DNA from: an uncultured Verrucomicrobiae bacterium
GTDB taxonomy: Bacteria > Verrucomicrobiota > Verrucomicrobiia > Limisphaerales > Palsa-1400
Direction of reading: 5' to 3'
Assembly: GCA_963702845.1 (NCBI GenBank)
Contig: OY969763.1
Span: 3,264,001-3,328,000, forward strand
Length of the DNA stretch: 64,000 nt
In this document: positions 52,461-62,893 of the stretch, in pieces
Position numbering within the stretch: the first letter of the stretch is position 1
How the letters are laid out: each line of letters begins with the position of its first letter
Translations under genes and position numbers: made by a program
Notes under the pieces: generated by a model
What the model was told of the DNA's origin: nothing
Databases searched by the model: none
What the model saw: the letters and a program-made list of their open reading frames with translations, nothing else

Positions 52461-55124
52461 TCATTTTAAATTTTTACTGTAGCTGGCGCTCGCCCGCAGC
52501 ACTTCCTCGGGCTCCTGATGCCCGAATTTTCGCGGTTCAGCTCGCTCTACTCGACGCCGCGATTTCCACAACGAAAAAGGACCGACGATGTGTCCCCAAA
52601 TCTGCGCAAGGAGTAATGACAAAGGATATTTCCGATAACCAAACAACCACGACGCGAAGGCATCTGGCCAGGTAAAGGGGCACTTCCGCAAACAAACGTG
52701 TCAACGCCCGGCGGTCTCCATCGTGCAGGAACGTCACCACGTGATATGCAGCGTGGCCCTTGGAGTACGCGTAAATTTGTCTCCACAAAGACTTCGCATC
52801 GCGTCGATGGCGATGCCAAACGAATGCAGAGGGTTCATAGCGAATCGCATAGCCTGCCTTTAAGACGCGATAGAATAGATACGTGTCTTCAGCGCAGCCG
52901 GTGGGGGTGCCCTGCTCCGAGAGCTTCATCGAGATATCCAATTTGGCGGATGGCGCAAGTGCGCTGGCCCGAACTGCGGCGTTTGCAGTCGCCCCGATAT
53001 CCCACGTCGGAACGGCGCGCCGGCCATAGGCATCAAACCAATCGCGATCAAAACGTCTGCGCTCGAAACCACGGCCCAGACCGCCGTAGATTTCGAATTG
53101 GATTTGTGAATCGGTTTCCAATTCGAACGGAAACACGGCGCCGGTGACCATCATCACATCAGACTGCGCGAACGGCGTCGCAAGTTTTTCCAGCCAATCA
53201 GTCGGCATTGTCACATCGTCATCTGTCGCGACGAGAACATCGCCACGGCTGGCGCGGAACCCAGCATTACGAGCAAAGGACAGTCCGCCACGTTTTTCAG
53301 TGATAAGTTTCACTTCGGGAAATTCGGCGACCACCGACGGCGTCAACCCGGACTGCGGGTGATTGTCGACAACAACGATTTCAACGTCGTGCCGCGTTTG
53401 TTGCTGAGAAAGTGATTTCAGACACAGCCGCAAGTCATCGGGCCGATCATAAGTCGCGACCACCACAGAAATGCGCATGGGCGCAACTTCACAATCCACT
53501 TCCCTGCTATTCTCGATGCCAATGAATGACCGCAAGGTTTGCTCGAACTTCGCCACCAACTCTTCTTCAGTGATTTTCTGCTGCGCTTGCAACAACTGCA
53601 GGAAAAAGTGCTGCATGACATAATCGCCGAGTTCCGCAGCGCTCACGGGATGAAATTTATTTTCAATTTCAACGCTCCCGACCGGGCTGCCGTCCCAAAG
53701 CACGTAGAGGCGAACGGACGAATATTCTTGCACACCAGTGCAGCTCGCTTAACCCATTCCTGATGTCCACTGTGCGAACGGCAATTCCATTTTTTCGTTG
53801 CACGATGTTCCCCGCAATTGGCTTATGCGATGGCGACGATGGTTTCCATGCATCGACCGGCCCATGTTTGGAAGCGGCCTCACGCGCCCGGCTATACTGG
53901 AACAAACCTGAAACCGACCCCGCCAACTCCGCTCGATACAGTTCTAACGGCGCCTTGCCCGGGTGAAATAACCCCCAAAGGCATCGACGAATATTCCACC
54001 ACCAGAAAAACCACCAACTCAGCTTGAGAAAACCGCGGCGCTCCTCGGGATACTCGCGCAGGCAACGCGTCACATATGAAAAGAAACCGACGCCATTATT
54101 CCGGATTTGAGCGTAAAGCGCGCCGTAACTAATCCGATGCCGGTGCCGGACCAGTGCGCCTGGTTCATACAGAAGCGTGTGGCCCGTTTTGAGAACGCGG
54201 AAAAACATTTCCAGGTCGCCACCGCCGCGCGTGGGCGTTCCAACATCAAGCGCCGGATCAAATGTGCCGATCTTGTGGAAAAGCAACGGCGAAACGCCAT
54301 ATTCGCGCCGGTACCAAATTTCCCTGCCCCGCCATGATGCCCACCAATCAAATCGCCCGCGTCGGTATGATACCACCGACGATTGTAGCCACGACTGAAA
54401 CCCCCCAAGTTCTTCGAACAGAATCTGGGCTTCGGCTTCGAGTTCATACGGCTCAACAAGACCGGTCAGCGCCATGACATCAGGGTTTTCGGTGAAAGCT
54501 CTTGCAATTGCTGCCGTCCAATGGCGAGTCCACGATCACATCATCGTCGGTTAAGCGACAATTTCGCCACACGCTTCCTCGATCGCGCGGTTTCGCGCCC
54601 AATCCAACCCCGGCTTCGATTCGAGAATGTAGCGAAATCTTGTTCTCCCGTGCATCGAACTCCGTTGCAGCGCCTCCACGACTTCACGCGTCGCATTGGT
54701 CCGAGGCGCGTTGTCGACGACAATCACCTCCAGAGGAGGTTCTTCAAGTCGCTCAACGCGGTTAGACAAGCACGCAAATCGTCCGCGCGATCGCGAGTGC
54801 AGACGGCAACTGAAATCGACGGCAGCCTGCGGCCTTCAGCGGGACTTGGTTGTTCGCGCAGCAATCTGCGCCAGCGTTCGTTCGCCGAGATTTGATAAAT
54901 GCGACCGAAGCACGACCGCTAACACTTTCGCCCTGATGGTGCCCGTCAGTGCGGAATCAAAATCTCTGGCCGAGCACTCGCCATTCGTAATTGGAATCGT
55001 GATTGTTTCGACAGGTTGGCCGCGCCATCGCAACAGCGCGCGAACATTGAGATACCCTTCCAATCCGCGCACAGGCTGTGAACGGACGGCACAATTCGAT
55101 GTCGATGGTTTTGATGTGTTTCAC
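52461..55124 (-). CDS. Tandem two-domain GT2 glycosyltransferase (many frameshifts)
   Basis: Two sets of GT-A motifs: VIVVDNAP/GLDWARN/GGGDLE, and SVVVATYDR/VVDN/GLSFARN/TDDD/AED; the GTG start overlaps the upstream TGA. Confidence 0.8.
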
Positions 55125-56223
55125 TGGCAGCAATAAGAACGAAAGTCGGTCACGCGCGCCCAACGATGCGACCTGGATGCGGTCCCACCACGTGATTGGC
55201 ACTGGGATTTGTTCATAAACATCGCGGGACATCTTCGACTCGGAATGTCGAGCACTTCGTCGGTGCGGAATGCGCCGACGCGTTGCCAGGCGCTGCGCAA
55301 AAATGGCGACGCTATCCAGCGCAATGTGCCTTTAACCAATTGCGAATCGACCCATGGCAGCAGCACCGCCGACCAATCCTGTCGCAGCGCGCGCCATAAC
55401 CATCTGTAAGAAGTTTGCAGGTCGCCGCAGGCATTGCTTTTCGTTGCCAAATATAAATAGAACATCCCTTTCGACCAGCGGTAGACCCGACCCGCTATTT
55501 CACGGTGTTTGCGTTCCATTGCTCAAGCACCAGCGCATACGACTTCGCCATCGCCGAGTGATCGTAAGACATGCTTTGGCTGTAGCAGCGATACGCCGCC
55601 AGATATTCTTTGACGACGCGAAACTCGCAAACTTCCGCCAGTCGCAAACAAATATCCCAATCCTCGCAACCTTGCGCTTTCTGTGCGCGCAGGTCGGCGT
55701 TGTATCCTCCTATTTTTTGCAAATAGTCGCGACGAAACAAAGGAACTGACGCGTTGCCGATGAAATTTCGTAACACGAAAGGTTGGTAAACTTCGCCGTC
55801 CAGATCCCACTTCGGCCCGAGCCCCGAGGACTTGCCTTTTTCGTTGATCGAAATACACCAGCAATAAGAGGCGCCTGCTTTCGTTCCGCCCATCTCCAAT
55901 GATTTGACCTGCTTCTCAACTTTCGACGGATACCAGAGGTCATCCGCGTCCAGTGGAGCAATGTATTCTCCGGAAGCTCTTTCAATAGCGAGATTCCGCG
56001 CCGCTGCGACCCCAAGATTTTGCTGCCGCAATAATTTCACCCGCCGTCGCCTCGAGCCGCATTTTTCACAATCGCAGCAGTGAGATCGCGCGATCCGTCG
56101 TCCACCACAATTACTTCGATGATTCTCGTACGTCTGCGCCAGCACTGAGTCGAGGGTCTCGCTGATGAAATTCTCCGCGTTGTATGCGGGAACAATCACT
56201 GAAACCATGCCTTGGTTGCTCAT
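55121..56223 (-). CDS. GT2 glycosyltransferase (frameshifted)
   Basis: VSVIVPAYNA, GVAAARN, LDADD, CEDWD. Confidence 0.88.
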
Positions 56224-56433
56224 GCCTCCCTTTCGTTTTTCGATCCCGTGGGTAAATCGTTACGCGAATGAGTATGGCGCTGTCCCATCGCTTGGTTGCT
56301 CCTTGGCGGAACGTCTGCGCTCCGCGCGCCGCGAGAAAGTAATCCCGATCAAAAAAGCCGTCTATAAGGCACGGCTCTAAATTACGTTTCGTGAAGAACC
56401 GCAACGGGAGCCTCTATTATTTCCCGATGCTGT

Positions 56434-59400
56434 TTACTGCCAGTCGCAAATCGACTCGACATAAGCCGCCGAACCGTCGCGCAACCATCCATCCAGTTGC
56501 GCCTGGTCCTTTAGTTGTTGACCGCGTCTGCGCGGCACAACAACGAATCGGCAATCCACTTCAGGCAAGGCACTCATGTCACCCCACAGCTTTTCAAATT
56601 GCGCCACCGGGAAAATATCTTCCTGACCATGTCCCCAGCGCTTCTTCACATCTTTGAGCGTAACATAAGCCGGCATTCGCGCAGCCAACGTTCTAATAGC
56701 GGCAGAGACTTTTTCCGCATCGTCTAAATCAGCAGCGGCGAGTCCGAAAACTGCCAATAGCTTATGAACATCAATCCAAGTCGTCAGCGTGTTGTAATAG
56801 GCGAGCTGAAATTCGTCTTCTTCTCGGGGCAAAGCCAACCCCTCCAGAATCCGCACCTTGCCATTGACCCGCGCCAGGCCACCGCCCCGGTCCTCGATTC
56901 GCCGCGTAATCATCTCGAACGAAAGGCACGCGCCTTGGGCAATGTGCAATCCGAGCAACGCCGGATCGACGTCTGCGCCGAGAGTATCAATGTTGTGCAG
57001 GAGCAGATATTTTAGATTCCGATGGTCCTTCAGCAGTTGGTTGAGCACGCCATTACGGAGAAGGTTCGAAATTTCATACCAGTGACCCACTGGATGCAAA
57101 CATTGTGAAGGAACATTGTCCGTGTAATCGCTTCCTTCGCCTGACTTGTTTCGCCCAGCCGATCAGTGCTGAGCGTAGACTGTCGCGCACCTTCTGCGCC
57201 TGCTCATCCAACATCTGCTGCGGCATTTCTTCCCAAAGAAACCGCAGATCGCGCTCCATCGGAATCATCCGCAAACCGATGGCGCGCCCAGATGAAAGGA
57301 CAACCGGTCCCGAGTAACCGTAGTTTTTGTGCCGGGCCAAAAACGATTCGATCGCGCCATGCGTCAAATAGCTCGTCGTAACAACGTGCGGAATCTCTGT
57401 CTTGTTTTGCCGTCCGACCCGACGACTCTTTGCGAGATGAACTTCGATAAACGTGCGATGTTGGCCGCCCAGTTTGCAAAACGGATGCAACGCTTTCACC
57501 ACGCCCGCACCTTGCGTCCAACGGCTGCCCACACCAGCGGCCAACGTGATCACCGCAACCTCGCCGTTAGCAATAGCAGCGTCTCCTAAATCCCGATGTT
57601 GTGTCGCAGCGGTCGCATCAATCACATCTTCTGGCTGCACATCCTCGATCTTCGTGCTGGGCGCCAACCGATTCTGCGCCAAACCAATTCGACCGTCTTT
57701 AAGGTCATCCCGAATTTGTTCGTGTTGCGCGCGGTCAAAACCATTTTGTTCAAGCAGCGCCAGTCAACGTTTGTCCGCTCGTCGATTCCTGTTTCAGACG
57801 CGGAACAACTCGATCGAAAATATTTTGTACAATCGACCCAAGTTCCGGTTTACGACGCGTCGCAGCAGCAAATTTATCCAGTTCGGCACGACGTTGCACC
57901 GACAGCGAGCGCAGGTCCTGCTTCAACAATTGTGGGACGACCAATGCATAATAACTATCCGGCAGCAGCGATTCATCATCACTCAGCAAATCAGCCCAAG
58001 TGCCCTTTTCGTTAATTGCAAAATCGTAAACCACCGGATCCATCGCAAACGGCAACGCACTTTCCAGCTCCCGTTTCGTTTGCGTCATGATCTCCTGCAA
58101 CTGCGCTTGCGCAACGGCTTTCTTTGCGGGGGCGACGATGAAGCCCATGCCGCCTCCGGACATTCCGCCCAGCATCCAAAATCCCCAGAAATCTTTTTGA
58201 AACGCGCCGCGTGCGCGATTGATCAGCGTTTCCGTATAATAATTACTCGCCCACGGAATGATGGTTTGCAACGGCCCGTGAAAATTGCGCGATGTCGCAG
58301 CGCCAATTTTCGGCACGTCATTCGCGCGGAGCGCGGCGAGAATTTCATCCAAAATCCCGAGCGCTTCCTGACGCCCTTTCCATTCCGCTTCCGAACGCAG
58401 CAAGTATTTTTCAGTAACCATCTCCAGAATGGGCCCGACGTTTTGCGCCATTCCGCCGTGAACAAGAATCAGACTGTCCTGAAGTTTTTGCCGGACCTCG
58501 GCGCTCGCTTCAGTCTGATCGAACACGCGATGCGTCGGCATCAAGCGACCGCGACTCGTCCCAAATTCCGGATCACCTTCCTGCGCCAGCGCGCCTTGAA
58601 TTAATTTCATCCCCGGCCAAACACCGCCTGAATCCTGCCAACCACCACCGGAACCGCCGAGCCACTCACCGAGAATTGCGCGAGCTAAAACAAGCCGGCG
58701 TTCATGTTCCTGCAACGCGCCTTCCAACGATTGCGCCTGACTCGTCGCTCGCATGCATACCGAAATCAACGCCGCCAGCAGATTCGTCGAGACAGCCAAC
58801 CGCGAGCCTTTCGGAATATTATTAACGTTGCTGACCAACTCCAACCCTCGCCCTTGACCGACAACTTGCGCCAACAAATCCGAAAGATTTTGGCCCGATC
58901 CTTCGATACCGGGCGGAACAATTCCCGACGCAATCACCGCCGCCTTGAGCAAACCAAGGTAATCTTTCGCAAAATCAAAAACTTCTGCGAGGCTCGTAAT
59001 ATCCGCCGACGCACCAAGATCGACGCTCGTCAATCGCAACACCGGTTCATCCAACACTCGAAGAAAAACTTCAATCGGCGGACGAGGCGAGGCATCGCGC
59101 CCTTTCACACCAAGATCAATCGACACGTTGAGAACCTTGGCCCCCTCAGGATAATCCATGCCCAAAAAGAAAATATCGCTCCACGCGCTGTGAGTCAGGT
59201 CCATGCGCACTGGAGTGCGCTCGCGCAAAACCGGGTAACATCCATCCGCGCCACGCTCGAGAAGTTCGCGACGAATCCGCAGCGGCTGGTCGCTCGGATG
59301 GCCCATCCGAAACATCCATTGATTACCTTTCACTGACCGAACGCTCCGACGCACCTGGTCAGCCAGCGTTTGAATTCCCAACCGGTAATACGCCACTGCC

Positions 59401-59750
59401 AAAGCGCTGCAATTTCCGTCACTCGGCCCGTTCGCCTGTTGATTCGTGAGGAACACTTCAATCGCTTCTTCAAACCGCCGTTCCAGCAGATGCCCGTAAC
59501 CTTTGAACGGAACAAGACCACGTTGGTTCAGCCCTGGCTTGAGCGGCAGATGAAACCGATGAATCGCATAAAGAAAAAACAACGCGCGAACGCGTTCGTA
59601 TAAATTCTCGCTGTGCTCGCGAAATGATTCGAGATCTTCACACTCCGCCAAAAGCTCCGAAACGCTGGCCTTTCGGCAAAATGCGTCCAGCGATTCGTTG
59701 CGAACCGCCGGGTCTGAGGCGGTGATAATATGACGAAGCCGGCCGGTCAT
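56434..59750 (-). CDS. GHMP sugar kinase-like domain fused to a UDPGP-family (PF01704-type) uridylyltransferase, ~1100 aa; frameshifts at ~57765 and ~57105
   Basis: [29 protein letters not shown]; then [35 protein letters not shown]. Confidence 0.82.
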
Positions 59751-60586
59751 ACGCCTTTCACCGCGAGCATCTCAACCAAATTGGACAAGACTTCGTCTCG
59801 ATCCTTGCCATCGAAAGCCAAAGCAAGCTGTGCCGTAAGCAATCCGTATTTCGCGCCAATGTCGTAACGTCGCCCTTGCAGTTCCAAAGCGAGATACCGC
59901 TCTTTCCCAGCCAATTTATTCAACGCCGTCGACAATTGCGCACCGGTCTTTGCGCTCGCCACAATCTCCGTCAACATCTCCATCACCATGGGAGTGAGCA
60001 CGTGCATTCCGAAAAAGCACAAATACCGTCCCGCGCGCAAACCGGGCACGATCAACGTCTGCTCCGCTTCCGTCGGTGTCGGTTTCTCCAAAACTCGCTC
60101 CACCTGATAAAGCCGTTGCCGGCCTGTAACAAGATGCCCGCCGACTGCTCCGTAAAATGGCAGCTTACTTTCATGCGTCGCCTGCACCGCCGACACAGCG
60201 CACGATTCAGCTTTCGCGACCTCCACCAATTGCTCCGCACAACCGTTCGCCGCACGGCTAACATAAAGATGATCACCAACCAGCAACAGAAACGGTTGAT
60301 CGCCGGAAAATCCGCGAGCGCATTGCACCGCATGCCCGTACCCAAGCGGCGCACTTTGTTCGACAAATTGCACTCGTCCCGCATGTGCGCCGGCGGCCGT
60401 TCGGTAAGCAGCTTGATCCCCCGGACAAATTACCGCGCAAATATCCTCGATACCCGCGCGCAAGATTTCTTCGATGATGATGGCAAAAGCAGTTTTTTGC
60501 GTGCCGTCGCGATCGACCAGCGTTTGCAGCGGGAGGGTGCGCTGATTTTTACCGGCGGCGGTAATGATAGCTTTTCGTATTTCCAC
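59747..60586 (-). CDS. GalU-like sugar-phosphate nucleotidyltransferase
   Basis: [33 protein letters not shown]; the N-terminal GxGTR motif is degenerate. Confidence 0.85.
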   Translation of the reverse strand: MEIRKAIITAAGKNQRTLPLQTLVDRDGTQKTAFAIIIEEILRAGIEDICAVICPGDQAAYRTAAGAHAGRVQFVEQSAPLGYGHAVQCARGFSGDQPFLLLVGDHLYVSRAANGCAEQLVEVAKAESCAVSAVQATHESKLPFYGAVGGHLVTGRQRLYQVERVLEKPTPTEAEQTLIVPGLRAGRYLCFFGMHVLTPMVMEMLTEIVASAKTGAQLSTALNKLAGKERYLALELQGRRYDIGAKYGLLTAQLALAFDGKDRDEVLSNLVEMLAVKGV

Positions 60587-61175
60587 GGTATTTGAGTTTG
60601 AGGATTGTTCACGAGTGCAGTCGGAGAGTCAATCCGACGGCGGCCTTACCTGCAGATGAAAATTGTTGGTCGTTTATAGAAAGTCAAAAAAGGTCAACTA
60701 AAGGAAGTAAAAGAAAGCAAAAACGAGTTTTTTTGGGAATGTGACCGCACCGATGGGCAATAAAACGCATCGAAAAGCAGCGTTTTGATCGACACCGACA
60801 GCTTGGAAAACTCGAAATCCGAAATCCGAACCGGAAGTTCCGGTGCCAACAAGTAAATCGAAGACCCGAGACCAAGAATAGGCGCGGACGTGACCAAATT
60901 AACCACCAAGGCGCCAAAGCACCAAGGGGTGACGCTACACGGACACTCGGCACATAGGCGCCGGAACGTCCGCTTCGCGGGAGGCACAGAGGAAGACTTG
61001 CTTACGGATTTCATGGATTAGAAGTCGGTGATGTAAGGTGTTGCCACGCTGGCTCGACGCCTAATGCAATACTTTCGGACATGGTTTTCTATAGCGTTCA
61101 TGTAGTGGATCCTATTCCAGGGGGTTGGACAGCTACGGGGTGACACCCCCAAAAAGTTATTCACAATCCAGAGAA

Positions 61176-61227
61176 AATATGTCGTTATCAGGTCAAATCG
61201 GCTTAACACTCAACTGGTTAGGCCACA
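61176..61227 (+). repeat. Direct repeat copy 1 (52 bp)
   Basis: AATATgTCGTTATCAGGTCAAATCGGCTTaAcACTCAACTGGTTAGgCCACA; 48/52 identical to 62577-62628. Confidence 0.92.
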
Positions 61228-61343
61228 GGGTACACCATGACAAAAAACAGCCGCATACAGTCAATGCACGAAGCAGGAACCATGATTATAACTTACGAAA
61301 ATCGAAGCTCCGATTCCGTTTAGCTTTTTTCGCGCGGCAAAAA

Positions 61344-62306
61344 ATGAAACGAAAAGCAGTTATCACAATCGCAGGTCTTTCAATAGCCTTGATTAGCCTG
61401 GTCACAATATTTTTCCTAGACCGGGAACAGCACCCGATGCTGCTCGGCTGTTGGGGCAATCAAAGTTCGAATCACTTACCCCTTGCGACTGAGGTGGCAC
61501 TTGGCAAGAATTCAGGCTCCGGAGACCTGCTCCTGCTGACGCTCCGGATGCTAGGCACCACCAATGATTTGTTATTTGCGGTGGATACAGGAGCGCCGTT
61601 TTGTATTTTAGACAAGTCTTTGGAATCGCAATTACGGCAGGGCCTCCTAAAGAAAATGTGGATCAATTCCTGTTACGGGAGTTCCTGGGAAAGCGTGTAT
61701 ATCGCGCCAAAGCTTCATTTGAATGGTGTTGAGCTTAGGACTTCAACCCGGGTCGCAACCTTTGATTTGACACGAGTCTCAAAGGATTTGAATGAAATCA
61801 CCCACTCGAACTACCGAGTGATGGGCATTCTGGGCATGGATTGCCTGCAGCATTATTGTGTTCAATTCGATTTCGACCGGCGAAAAATCCAATTTCTCGA
61901 TCCAGATCATCTGCAGGAAAACGAACTGGGGAAGGCGTTCCCACTGACTTTGTCCTGGGGCCAACCGTTCGTTGAGCAGAACCTCCTGGGCAGCAGTGAA
62001 AAGACGCTGATTGATACCGGGTGCAACTTTGATGGGGAGTTAAAGACGGCGGAATTTAAGCGCTGGACAAACCACTGGGATGGTTTTGTGAGCAGGGGAG
62101 CGAATTGCCCGAATGGCGTCTTTGACGGACAAAGCTATCCTGAGCTCGAAATTGTCGGAGATGCCAATTACAACTCGCTGGGACTTCGCTTTCTGGCACG
62201 GCATTTAGTGACGCTGAATTTTCCACGGCGGACCATGTATCTTAAACGGACAAATATGGAGTCCCCGGGGAGTGCGGCCCATTCGGCTAAGGAAGCGGGT
62301 TCTTAA
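61344..62306 (+). CDS. Double retropepsin-like aspartic protease with an N-terminal membrane/signal segment
   Basis: FAVDTGA..GILGMD and LIDTGC..SLGLRFL; likely start MKRKAVITIAG. Confidence 0.88.
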   Translation: MKRKAVITIAGLSIALISLVTIFFLDREQHPMLLGCWGNQSSNHLPLATEVALGKNSGSGDLLLLTLRMLGTTNDLLFAVDTGAPFCILDKSLESQLRQGLLKKMWINSCYGSSWESVYIAPKLHLNGVELRTSTRVATFDLTRVSKDLNEITHSNYRVMGILGMDCLQHYCVQFDFDRRKIQFLDPDHLQENELGKAFPLTLSWGQPFVEQNLLGSSEKTLIDTGCNFDGELKTAEFKRWTNHWDGFVSRGANCPNGVFDGQSYPELEIVGDANYNSLGLRFLARHLVTLNFPRRTMYLKRTNMESPGSAAHSAKEAGS

Positions 62307-62576
62307 AACGTGTAATATGCAACGGTCAATGTTCCTCCGACACGTACCGCCCCGCCAATTCCCTAACCGTCGCCCCAATTCGCTCAATCAACTGCACAGG
62401 TTCCACCACATGGCAATGTGTCCCCCAACTCAACCCCCACCGCTCCACTTCTTCCAACCCGCTCAACCGCATTGCGCACCCGATTCAAGAGCTTGGGCAG
62501 CGCGGGCAAATTCACTTGATTGGAAATGGCAGAGGTTTAGTTTCAATGACGCAGTCGTTTACCCTGAAAACGTGGT

Positions 62577-62628
62577 AATATCTCGTTATCAGGTCAAATC
62601 GGCTTCAGACTCAACTGGTTAGCCCACA
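62577..62628 (+). repeat. Direct repeat copy 2 (52 bp)
   Basis: AATATcTCGTTATCAGGTCAAATCGGCTTcAgACTCAACTGGTTAGcCCACA. Confidence 0.92.
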
Positions 62629-62893
62629 AGCGTGTTTCTTCTCTCTTCACCGTGCACTTCTGAACAAGTGCTCCGCTCAAGCTGAAGTGCCAAATTATGA
62701 AAAGCTGATTTCACTCATACGAGAGCCTCCAGTTTCATGGTTGATTTTGCCTACACGTCAAATATTGTGACCATGCGCACACGGCGCATCCGGTCCGCGG
62801 AAAGGACAGAAGTCCACATTTGATAAAACCGTAAGTCACGAACTTACTTTCTGCCTGACAGTGCGGACAACAGGCGCAACGAAAGAAGTTCGC

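Noticed and set aside
61157..61165. DnaA box TTATTCACA as an origin
   Set aside because: A single match with no cluster or unwinding element.
60694..61209. Short minus-strand ORFs 60694-61014, 60684-60953 and 61018-61209
   Set aside because: They cross repeat remnants and have no recognisable motifs; cannot be supported as genes.
61125..61343. 73-aa N-terminal extension of the protease given in the ORF track
   Set aside because: It runs through the non-coding direct repeat; the ATG at 61344 gives a typical basic-hydrophobic N-terminus.
61200..62628. Canonical integron with attC sites
   Set aside because: No intI in the window and no 55-140-bp attC hairpin; kept only as an atypical repeat-flanked cassette.
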